Source of the DNA: the human T2T-CHM13v2.0 reference genome, Homo sapiens
Reading direction: 5' to 3' (one strand)
Assembly (NCBI RefSeq): GCF_009914755.1
Contig: NC_060943.1
DNA: 64,000 bases
Below, in pieces: positions 45,289-64,000 of the stretch. The position numbers and the translations under genes were made by a program. Every line of letters starts with the position of its first letter. The stretch's first letter is position 1. The notes under the pieces are model-generated. The model was not told where the DNA came from. It was given only the letters and a program-made list of their open reading frames with translations, and did no database searches.

Positions 45289-45512
45289 TCAAAGAAGTGG
45301 GGTGAGGGCATGCAGAGTGTGGGTGGCCAGGCTTCGCAGCCCATGGGTGGGACTCTGGGGAGACAGCAGCAGCAGCAGCCGCCGAAGCCCCAGCTGCAAG
45401 GCCACCAGACGCACTCCTGTGCCTGGTTCCTCAGTCCCCAACACCAGGTAGCAAGCTCTGGGCAGCTGGGCCTGGTAGACCTCATCTTCTGTCTTCTCTG
45501 GTGGCCCTGGCT
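45289..45512 (-). CDS. FUZ: FUZ last coding exon (11)
   Basis: (E)PGPPEKTEDEVYQAQLPRACYLVLG...HALTPLL then TGA; summed CDS is 418 codons plus stop. Confidence 0.94.
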
Positions 45513-46551
45513 CTGGAGAAAGAACAGGGGGCACTGACATGACAAGTAGCATGCTAACCTTTGCAAGCCACACCACATCCTGATCCCAAGTTCTGAACGC
45601 GTGGGGTCTCTGAACACAGGTTTTGGGAGCCTCCTGCCAGGGGAGGGCCTCGGGGCTCTAGCTGGCTGTCAGCAACTTGAAGACCACAATGATGTCACTC
45701 AGCTCACCCTCTTCCTCTTTCTCAGCCTTGGCCCCCATTTTCCTGGAGAAACTGTGCAGCTGCAGGTGATCCTCTTAGCAATACACATGGCGAACACGGC
45801 AGCAACACAGGAGCTCCTGTAGCCTTTTCCAGGAGCCCACCCGCCCCACTGTACAAGGCGGGTGGAGGGAAACAGGCAGGGGCCAGTGGGAGGTGGAGTC
45901 GCACAGCTAAGAAGGGGTGCAGCCCCCGAGTTGGAGCTCTTGACCACTGTGCTGCATTCATCCGGGCTTCACTGGGGTCACAGCGCCATCCCAGGTCCCT
46001 TTCTTTGTCTTTCTGGGCCCTTAAGGGTTCTACGACAATTTTTCCGTTCTAACCCAGAATCTTGTGAAATCCTCCTCCATACCCTCAGCCTATCAGCAAA
46101 GCCTGTGCTTTTGGCAGTTGTGCAGAGCGCTGGACTGTGTGGATATGGGAGCAAGATCCCCTGTGTTCAAATATGGCTCTGCCACTCATGAGCTGAGCCT
46201 CAGTTTCCTCATCTGTAATATGGGAATGATGAGGTAATGGGATAGTCCTCACCTGTGAGGATGAAGTGATTTCATTCTTTCATTACGTGTAAAGGCACTG
46301 GGAAGAGGTGAGGTCTCAGTGTTAACTATTGTTGACTATGATCCAGGAGATTCTGAAGCCAGGCGGGGACCTCCCTTCCCCTCCCTTCCCATCTGCATCA
46401 ATGCTCAGATCTCAAGGAAAACCACTGCCCTATGGCCCAGTGCATACTGGGTTCCTCCGGATCCTCCAACCCCACCTCCTACTCCCATTTTGTGCGACCT
46501 GGGACTCAGTGTCCCCGCCTGCGCAGTGGGAGCACTGTGCCTTCCGCTGAC

Positions 46552-46626
46552 CTGGTGGGAAGTGCGTGGAGGTGACCAGGGTATAGAAGTTTCGGAGGAG
46601 GCGCCGGCGCTGTTCTGGTGAAGGCT
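46552..46626 (-). CDS. FUZ: FUZ exon 10
   Basis: (E)PSPEQRRRLLRNFYTLVTSTHFPP; acceptor CAGCAG, donor GTCAGC. Confidence 0.92.
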
Positions 46627-46711
46627 CTGCTGGGAGGAAAAGGCGGTGATGCAGAGCGCCTCCCCGGCCCACGCCCCTCCTACCCCTGCCCCTGCCCCTG
46701 TCCTCAGTCAC

Positions 46712-46776
46712 CTTTATCCCCCAAGGGCTCCACGGTGAAGAGGCAGCGCTTCAGTTCCAGGTGGAGGAGCAGCAGC
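46712..46776 (-). CDS. FUZ: FUZ exon 9
   Basis: LLLLHLELKRCLFTVEPLGDK; phases 2 and 1 match neighbours. Confidence 0.92.
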
Positions 46777-46854
46777 CTGTGGGAAAGGGAAGGGAATGTC
46801 ATGGCTGGGGAAGAGGACATGACCCCCGACCCACTCCCTCCATCCGAGCCCTAC

Positions 46855-46961
46855 CCGAGGATGTCTGTGTGAAGGGGGAAGCCACTGGGCAGCGCCCGGG
46901 GTCCCAACGGCAGACAGGCCCGCAACGGGTCCAGCAGTGGCTGCCACCAGCGCTCCAGAAG
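46855..46961 (-). CDS. FUZ: FUZ exon 8
   Basis: LLERWWQPLLDPLRACLPLGPRALPSGFPLHTDIL(G). Confidence 0.93.
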
Positions 46962-47300
46962 CTGCAGGGGGCGTGGTCATTGTGAGGTCGTCATGGGAAG
47001 GCGGGGCCGGCGGGGGAGGTCGGGGGGTGTACAAGGATAGGGGCGTGGTCAATCGGGAGGGGCGGGGCCTGCAAGAAGAGTGGAGGGCGGAGGGCAGAAG
47101 GGACTGGGGAAGGGGCGAGGCCTGGAAGAATAGAGGCAGAGGCGGGAGCGGCCGATCTTGGCGGGTAGGTGAATGACTGGAGCGCAGTCCAGAAGAGGCG
47201 GGGCTGGGGAAAGATGCCGCTGGCAGGGCAGGGTGGTGGGGAAGGGCCCTCCTGGTAGCGGGTGTCCTAAGAGCGAAAGCGGGACGTGGCGCGGGTTCAC

Positions 47301-47396
47301 CTGTGGATACAACTGGCTGAGGGGTGGGCTCGGCCCGCAGAGTAGACACAGCTCCAGGCTCGGCAGCAGAGTCAGGGTCAGGAGCCGGTGTGGGAC
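47301..47396 (-). CDS. FUZ: FUZ exon 7
   Basis: VPHRLLTLTLLPSLELCLLCGPSPPLSQLYPQ; donor GTGAAC. Confidence 0.93.
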
Positions 47397-47515
47397 CTGA
47401 AGCAGGGCACAGGCTGGGGCTCATCGCGGCCCGGCCCCTTTCCATCGCAGATCCCGCCTCCTCGCGACTCGGCCCCCAGGTCACATCCCTCCGTCGGTGC
47501 CCGCCACCCACTCAC

Positions 47516-47713
47516 CGTGGGGCTCCCGTGCGGCAGGTACACCGGGTAGTCGCGAGCGGTCTGCGGCGGCAGGGACCCCACCAGCCAGGGGAGCAGCACG
47601 GCCTCGGGCGTCCCCAGCCGCCACCAACCCTCTGTTGCTGCCACCACCCGGCCGGACACCACCAGACTGACGAAGGTCGTGCCCGCGGCCTCAGCGAACC
47701 CGGAGAGGGCTTC
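47516..47713 (-). CDS. FUZ: FUZ exon 6
   Basis: EALSGFAEAAGTTFVSLVVSGRVVAATEGWWRL...RDYPVYLPHGSPT; donor GTGAGT. Confidence 0.95.
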
Positions 47714-48371
47714 CTGGGTACGGGAGGCAGGAGGACTGGGAGTCAGCAGACAAGCGTAGGGGGTGGCAGCGACTTCCCAGATGGGCAGGGAATGGGGAGA
47801 AACCCACAGCCAGCCCCGAGCTCGCGCAGTGGCCATGCTCCTACGTCTCACCCTCTCTGAGCCTGAGTTCCTTCACTTTCATACGAAGTCACATCCCCAA
47901 CTCACACTGTGAAGTCTGTGAAATCTGATTAAACATCTAGCCTGGGCGGGCAAACTGAAGCTAATAATGTAACCGCAGCAGCTACCGTTCATCCAGGCCT
48001 GTTACATGCCGAGTAGGCACCATTAGCAACGTAGAGAAGCCAAGTCACCTGCTGAGAGTCACATGCCTGGGAGGCCGCCACACCAGGCAAGTCCACAAGA
48101 GCAGTATTTAAGTAGAGGTAGCTAGAGATCTGAGAGGCAGGAGGAAGAACATGCACTGAGGTTGGAAACTTGTTGGGATCTCAGGACTGTGAGGTAGCTG
48201 GGTGGAAGTAGACTGTGGATTTAGCAACAGGTTAGGGGGTGCCAGGTGCCACAGGCCTTCAAACACCAGGCTGAGGAGCTGGGACCTTGTCCTGGGGGAG
48301 GTGGAGGCTGCCGGAGGGCTGTGAGCAGGAAAGGGGCAGAGCCAGCTCTGGATATAGTAGGGTTCTTCTGG

Positions 48372-49350
<979 letters not shown>

Positions 49351-49500
49351 AGAAAAAAGATTCTTCTGGGACCAGGTGGGGATAGGACTGGAAGCTGAGA
49401 GGATAGGAGGAGGTTGGGACAATGGTCCAGAAGAAAGAGGATGAGGACTGAGCCAGGGCCAGCAGAACAGGTGTAAGAGTTTCCATAGCATCCCCAGTAC

Positions 49501-49605
49501 CTGCAAGAGGGACCCCTCTGGAGGAATCACGCAGTCCACACACTGGGTCAGGTCCCCGATGAGCTCCGAGTCCCCCAGGAAGCTGTCGATGAGGCAATAA
49601 CTGGC
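49501..49605 (-). CDS. FUZ: FUZ exon 5
   Basis: ASYCLIDSFLGDSELIGDLTQCVDCVIPPEGSLLQ. Confidence 0.94.
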
Positions 49606-49768
49606 CTAGGAGAGGAAGAAGGGACCAGCCTAGGATTCAAGTGGGCCCAGGGTCAGACAACCAAGAACCTGTGGGACCAGGCTGCCCCAGGGGCTGCTGG
49701 GAACTGTAGTTCCCAAATGGCAGTGCCCAGGTATCCTAACTTCCCACCCTCATGTCCTGCAACCTCAC

Positions 49769-50550
<782 letters not shown>

Positions 50551-50752
50551 CTAGAACACCAGATACATCCTCTCTCAGACCAACCTGCCTTTCTTATAGA
50601 GAACATCAGGGATCAAAGAGGGTAACTGGCTTGCTAAAGATCCCATAGCCAAATTAACAGCTGCTTTTAGAGAGCTGGAAGGCCTCCGGGGTCATCTTCA
50701 ACAGGGACTATCACCCAGGCCCTGTCCCTGTCCCACGTTCCCTCCTGGGGAC

Positions 50753-50874
50753 CTGTCATGGAAGCTTTTCCACACCACAGTCGTGTTCTCGGTCCTCGCA
50801 GAGCTCAGCTGCACCTCCAGATTCTGCCCAAACATGTGGACTCCATTGAGGGAACCGATGACAGAGAACGGGAG
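50753..50874 (-). CDS. FUZ: FUZ exon 2
   Basis: LPFSVIGSLNGVHMFGQNLEVQLSSARTENTTVVWKSFHD(S). Confidence 0.94.
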
Positions 50875-51133
50875 CTAAGGAGGGGTTAGGGACATCAGAC
50901 AAGAGCACCCCCCCATCCCCTTCCCCCTTAGGACCCAAGTGTGCCAGCTCCCAGCCCCATCCTCTTTCCATATGACCTGGCAGTGCCTCTTTGGGGAACC
51001 AGGCTTATTGGTCCATTGCCTCCTCGGTCCTACAAATTCAACACTGAAACTTCCCCAGCCCCTACTGCCTTGAAGACCCAGAGTCAAAACACCGAACCCC
51101 CTTCGGTTTAGATACAGGCGTCCAAGGCCCCAC

Positions 51134-51244
51134 CTGCTGACGGGCGGGGGCGCCGCCGCGACTGCTCCTGCAGAATAGGGGGACCCCGCTGGAGGCCGCG
51201 AGGCACAGCAGATGCACAGTGCCGCCCGTCCCCTCCTCCCCCAT
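51134..51244 (-). CDS. FUZ: FUZ coding exon 1 (fuzzy planar cell polarity protein, CPLANE subunit)
   Basis: MGEEGTGGTVHLLCLAASSGVPLFCRSSRGGAPARQQ; donor GTGGGG. Confidence 0.95.
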
Positions 51245-51955
51245 TTAGGACTCCCACCGCGGTCCCTCACGTGGGGACTGTCAGTGCGGGTCTTGGAGCA
51301 TGGCGGTAATCAGAGTAACTCGGCCTGTGGTCCGGAGCCGCCAGAGGGCGAGATGGGGAGCTGATTGGAAGAGGATTAACTTCCCGCCTTCTTCACCCAA
51401 CTCAAACAGACCCTCAAACCCTATTCAGGCACCTCCCCCAAACCCATTAGGTTCTCTTCCGCCCTAGCCGGAAGTCACGGTACCCCTAACAAAGATGGCG
51501 GCAAATTGAATTTGCAAAGCTTTCTAGTTTCTCCGAGGAGGTAAAGAGAACCAAGAAGCCGGATTGAAGATGATGACTGCGCCAAGGCGTTGCCTAGCCA
51601 CCATCCTGTAGGCTTTGATGATTTACATTCTAAACGGAAAAAACAGCTGTGCCCGGATCAAAGATTGCGATGGTCCCAAAGCATTGCCTAGCAACCACAT
51701 TCCCTGTAGGTTTCCAGTATATAGTAGTAAACAATGTGCCCTACTCAAAGATGGCGACCGTGGCGGGGCGTTGCCAAGCAACCACCATTCAGCCTGATAT
51801 CCATTCCAAGGCTGTAAACAGCTGTGCCCTGCTCAAAGATGGCGGCACGTCGAAGTCCGAGCACCCTCCTTGGGGCGAAATCGAGAAAAACACCATCTCC
51901 CCTACAACCTTCGAGGGTGGTTGAGTCCAGCGATCGTTGCCTAGTAACCACTAAA
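51245..51955 (-). promoter_or_regulatory. FUZ: FUZ 5' UTR and promoter with ETS, YY1, forkhead and RFX X-box motifs
   Basis: CCGGAAGT at 51468; AAGATGGCGGC at 51492 and 51836; GTAAACA at 51727 and 51814; X-box-like GTTGCCWAGYAAC variants at 51589, 51683, 51770, 51936. Confidence 0.75.
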
Positions 51956-52509
51956 AAAAAGGTTGTTTTTGTTATTAGAAAAAAGAAAACAAGGAAATCC
52001 TTTATTTTCCAGAATAATAAAAATAATATCATTTCTGTAATGAATTTATACATGATAGCATACCATGTAAAATGTGAAAAATCCCTTCCCCAATTTTTTT
52101 CCTAAAATACAGTTTAACGTAGACTATTCATACGTTTTCACAAAGATGATCAATATACTAACATTTCCACACTTTCTTTTTTGCCATGAAAAAGTATGTC
52201 TATTTCATCTTAATAATGTATTTTTATAATCTATTTTATGGATGTGACAAATTGATTTGACCAATTCTGTATTGATGTACATTAGGTTGTTGAACTCCTC
52301 CAGACTAGCCAACTAGTGCTGGGACAGCATTTTACTGACTTTTTAAAATGCCCTTATGAATATTTTTATTATTTTACACAGGCAGCATTTACTTGTAATG
52401 ACAAAAGTATTTATGATTCATTTTTCCCTTCCTCTTCCTTCTTGCAGATCAGCCCATCTTTCTAGCATAATTTTTAATTTTCCTACTTCCTAAAGTACAT
52501 CTTTTTCTC

Positions 52510-56614
<4,105 letters not shown>

Positions 56615-56708
56615 TGAGTGCTGTTTCCGCGACTCTAACCCCGCCCTCCCACTTCAGTTTCGCACAGTTTCTTGCCTGACTCCGACCTTTCACTTCCTAC
56701 CCTCACAG

Positions 56709-56754
56709 GTATTTTAATGGTGGTCCTCCTGCTGAGACGGACTTCGGGGGAGAC
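56709..56754 (+). CDS. MED25: MED25 exon 2
   Basis: YFNGGPPAETDFGGD; cacAG / GTGAGT. Confidence 0.95.
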
Positions 56755-56761
56755 GTGAGTC

Positions 56762-57250
56762 TAGGGACTCCTGGGCCTGAGGGAGGAGGGGCCGGGGGCC
56801 TGGACTCCTGGGTCTGAGGGAGGGAGAAAGGGCTGGGCCTGGACTCCTGAGTTTGAGGGAGGAGGGGCTGGGGGTCTGGACTCCTTGTTCTGAGGGAGGA
56901 GGGCCTGGGGGCCTGGACTCCTGGGTCTGAGGGTGGAGGCGCTGGGGCCCGGATTCCTGGGTCCGAGGGAGGAGGGAGCTAGGGGCCCAGATCCCTGGGT
57001 CTGAGGGAGGAAGGGCTGGGCGTCTGGACTGCTGGGTCTGAGAAAGGAGGAGCTGAGGCCTGGATTCCTGGGTCTGAGGGAGGAGGTGCTGGGGCCTGGG
57101 CTCCTGGGTCTGAGGGAGGAGGGGCCGGGGGCCTGGATTCCTGGGTCTGAGGGAGAAGGGGCTGGGGCCGAGATTGCTGGGTCTGAGGAAGGAGGAAGCT
57201 GAGGAGTTCCTGGTTCTGGAGGAACGGGAAGCTGGGAGCCCTGATTCCTT
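56762..57250 (+). repeat. MSR1-type ~37-bp minisatellite filling MED25 intron 2
   Basis: Roughly a dozen copies of cctggactcctgggtctgagggaggaggggctgggg. Confidence 0.88.
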
Positions 57251-57285
57251 CTCTAAGGGAAAAGGGAATTGAGGTCCCAGATTAA

Positions 57286-57435
<150 letters not shown>

Positions 57436-57449
57436 TGAGCTTTCCCCCA

Positions 57450-57642
57450 CTTGGGGTGGGTTGCTGGTCCCTGTGAGGGGCCGTGAATGAGTGATGGCTT
57501 GGGGTGGTTGGTGTCCCCGTGAGAGGCTGTGAATAAGTGATGGCTTGGGGTGGTTGGTGTCCCCGTGAGGGGCTGTGAATAAGTAATGGCTTGGGGTGGT
57601 TGGGGTCCCTGCGAGGGGCCGTGAATGAGCGATGGCTTGGGT
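57450..57642 (+). repeat. 46-bp VNTR, about 4 units
   Basis: (g/a)atggcttggg at 57493, 57539, 57585, 57631. Confidence 0.9.
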
Positions 57643-57939
57643 TTGAGCTGCAGGAAACATCTCATACATTAAGGGATTGAAAGGACTTTGAGGGTGATTG
57701 TGTTTTTGTCAGAAGTCACTTTTGTGGTGGCTTCTGTGTGCTCAGCAATGTTGCCATCAGTTTAGAAGTAGGAAAAACCTTCCCATTCAGGGAGGCCTGG
57801 CTGAGCTCCAGCAGCCACCTTGTACTCCCTGTGTGATTGTCCCCTTTCTGTCCTCTCTTTTTCCGTCTACCCCTGTCCTCCTTTTCCAGATGGGTACATT
57901 GTAGCCTCAGTGCAGGGGGATGGGTCAGAGCCAGGATAG

Positions 57940-58200
<261 letters not shown>

Positions 58201-58262
58201 TGACCTCATGTGATCTGCCTGCCTCAGCCTCCCAAAGTGCTGGGATTATAGGGGTGAGCCAC

Positions 58263-58901
58263 TGTTGCGGGATTCAGGACGACAGGAGAGAGCCCTCGGG
58301 TTAAAGCAGGAGAATCTTTCATTGAGTGCACTCAGGCCCAAGCCGACTCACGTCCAAAGACGGCCCAGAACAAAGGTAGCACTTGACTTTTATACACACT
58401 TCACAAAAGGGGGTGGGCTAGCTTGAAGCAAGCTTACAGTGGCGTGACAGCAGGGATACAGAGGCAGAACAAAAACAGTTAATCAAATTGTTGTAACAGG
58501 TTTATAACTCAGGATTGCACATAACCGTTGCTATGCAACCCAGATGTCCCTTATCTAGGTTAGCCTAGGCACGGGCTTATCCCATAACCTTCACTGTGGT
58601 GCCCAGGCAGCTCAGGCTTCTCATGACCTTCGCTGTACTTCTTAGATAAAACAGAATACTTGAAGTCATGAGTTACAGAGAACAGGAATCTATAAACTCA
58701 TTCCATAAAACAAAGGAAAATTTGTTTTTTCTTCTCTCTATGTTGAGGGAGTGCTGGGAGAGTCTCCAAGAGCACTTTAGATAGTATTATCAAGACTTTT
58801 CCTGGGTCTGGGCTGTGCCCATTGCTGCCTCTCAGACAAGTCAGCCTAATACATAGAACTTATTTCTCTTTTTAATTTTTTTTCTTTAATTTCCTGCCTC
58901 A
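58263..58901 (-). mobile_element. Solo LTR, ERV1-class (subfamily not assigned), inserted in an Alu
   Basis: TG...CA termini, 4-bp duplication CCAC, minus-strand TATAAAA at 58388-58394; Alu head sequence resumes after it. Confidence 0.82.
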
Positions 58902-59099
58902 CCACCACGCCTGGCGCTGGATCGGATTTTGATAGTTGACATTGTAGAGTCTGGAGTCAGGCAGACGGGTTAAATCCTGGCTCTTCCAGCACAGAACTAA
59001 CTCTCAGACCCAGGAGTCTGTCCCCTCTGTGCCTAGTATCTCACTTGTGAAGTGGGGATGTGGATAGTACTTGTATTAGTATTTCATTGTATTACTTAT

Positions 59100-61510
<2,411 letters not shown>

Positions 61511-61921
61511 GGGGCTGGGTACCGCAACCTCACAGCGATGTTTGGAGAATTAAGTTAGTTGATGATGTTTAATACAGTGCCTGGCATGTATTAAGTGCCG
61601 TGTAAGTGTTTCCTAGGATTTTGTGCCTCACTCTCCTGGTTTGCAAATGGATAATGGTCGCGTGTATCTCCGTGTTGTTAGAAGATCACAGGAGCTAAGT
61701 TGCTTGCTGTGTGTCGCTTAGGGCCTGGTCTGCAGTCAAGGTTCATTAAACAACACCTGTTCGTAGCGGCCGTTACCTCTGTATGCTTCTGCAGCAGGTG
61801 TTTGTTGAGTATCTGCTTTGTTCCAGTATGTGCGTGCAAGTGCTGGGTGCAGGACATATAGTGAAAAGGTGACACAGAAGCTTCCCCTTCGCGGTAGCTG
61901 GAATTCGTAGGTAACACAGAG

Positions 61922-62141
61922 CAGGGTTTCTCATCCTTGGCCCTAGTGACACTGTGGACACAGTCATTCCTTGTAGTGGGGGCCGTCCTGGGTATTGTAG
62001 GATGTTTAACATCATCCTTGGCCTCTACTCACTAGATGCCGGTAGCCCCCTCCCAAAGGTGTGACAACCAAAAATGTCTCCAGGCATTATAAAATATCCT
62101 CTGGGAAGGGGGCGCAAAATGTATTCCATTTGAGACCACTG
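61922..62141 (+). mobile_element. MER20 (hAT-Charlie) DNA transposon
   Basis: cagggtttctca...gtgacaaccaaaaatgtctccaggcatt...tgagaccactg with terminal inverted repeats. Confidence 0.8.
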
Positions 62142-62574
62142 GGAGAGACCGGTAAGACAGTCTTGAGTGATGTTAAATGGAGACTTCTTGAGGCCCAGGT
62201 CCAAGTCTGATGCTCCTCAAGTGCCTGGCAGCCAGCACAGGGCCTGGTACACAGGAGGCCTCGGGTAAATTCTGTAGAATGAATGTCCAGAATGCATTTA
62301 ATACTAACCACCCTGGAAGACACTGCATAGCCTTCCAGACCCAGCTCAGGTGTCTTATACCCTGGGAAACCTTCCCGATTCTTGCAGCCAGATGCTTCCT
62401 CCTCTGCCTCCATGACCTGTCACAGCCCCACACCTCTGGACTGTGAATGTCCAGGTCCCTGGGTGCTTCTGCCATTTGCTTCCAGCTGGGGCTTGGCACC
62501 CACGGGGCTTCAGGAGACTGGCTGAATAAATGAATTAGTATGTAATACAAAAACAACAAATAAATAGAAAAAAT

Positions 62575-63980
<1,406 letters not shown>

Positions 63981-64000
63981 TTTATCACCCCAAAGAGGAC

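Noticed and set aside
46714-47860. Long ORFs of 265 aa (-) and 178 aa (+) over FUZ exons 6-9
   Set aside because: Stop-poor CpG-island sequence; only the spliced FUZ frame gives a coherent protein

Overview
Human genomic DNA. I recognise the gene order TSKS-AP2A1-FUZ-MED25 from memory as the chr19q13.33 cluster. The window holds TSKS exons 1-2 (- strand), the complete 24-exon AP2A1 gene (+; exon lengths sum to 977 codons, including the 66-nt neural exon and one AT-AC U12-type intron), the complete 11-exon FUZ gene (-; 418 codons, 3' UTR overlapping that of AP2A1) and MED25 exons 1-3 (+). Non-coding content: a U6 snRNA retropseudogene, a tailed mirtron (MIR6799), dozens of Alus, L1/L2/MIR/MER/Tigger/MLT fragments, an ERV1-type solo LTR nested in an Alu, chr19 MSR1-type 37-bp minisatellites and three other VNTRs. 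Most ORFs in the supplied track are Alu or GC-rich artefacts. I see no new protein-coding system. The best candidates for undescribed biology are regulatory: a tandemly duplicated ~88-bp RFX/forkhead/YY1 module upstream of FUZ, a recursive-splice-like site at AP2A1 exon 2 whose use would create a UGA, an in-frame U2 escape route around the U12 intron, a candidate FUZ poison exon and uORF, and a templated Alu-to-Alu insertion. Coordinates were counted by hand; repeat boundaries are approximate.
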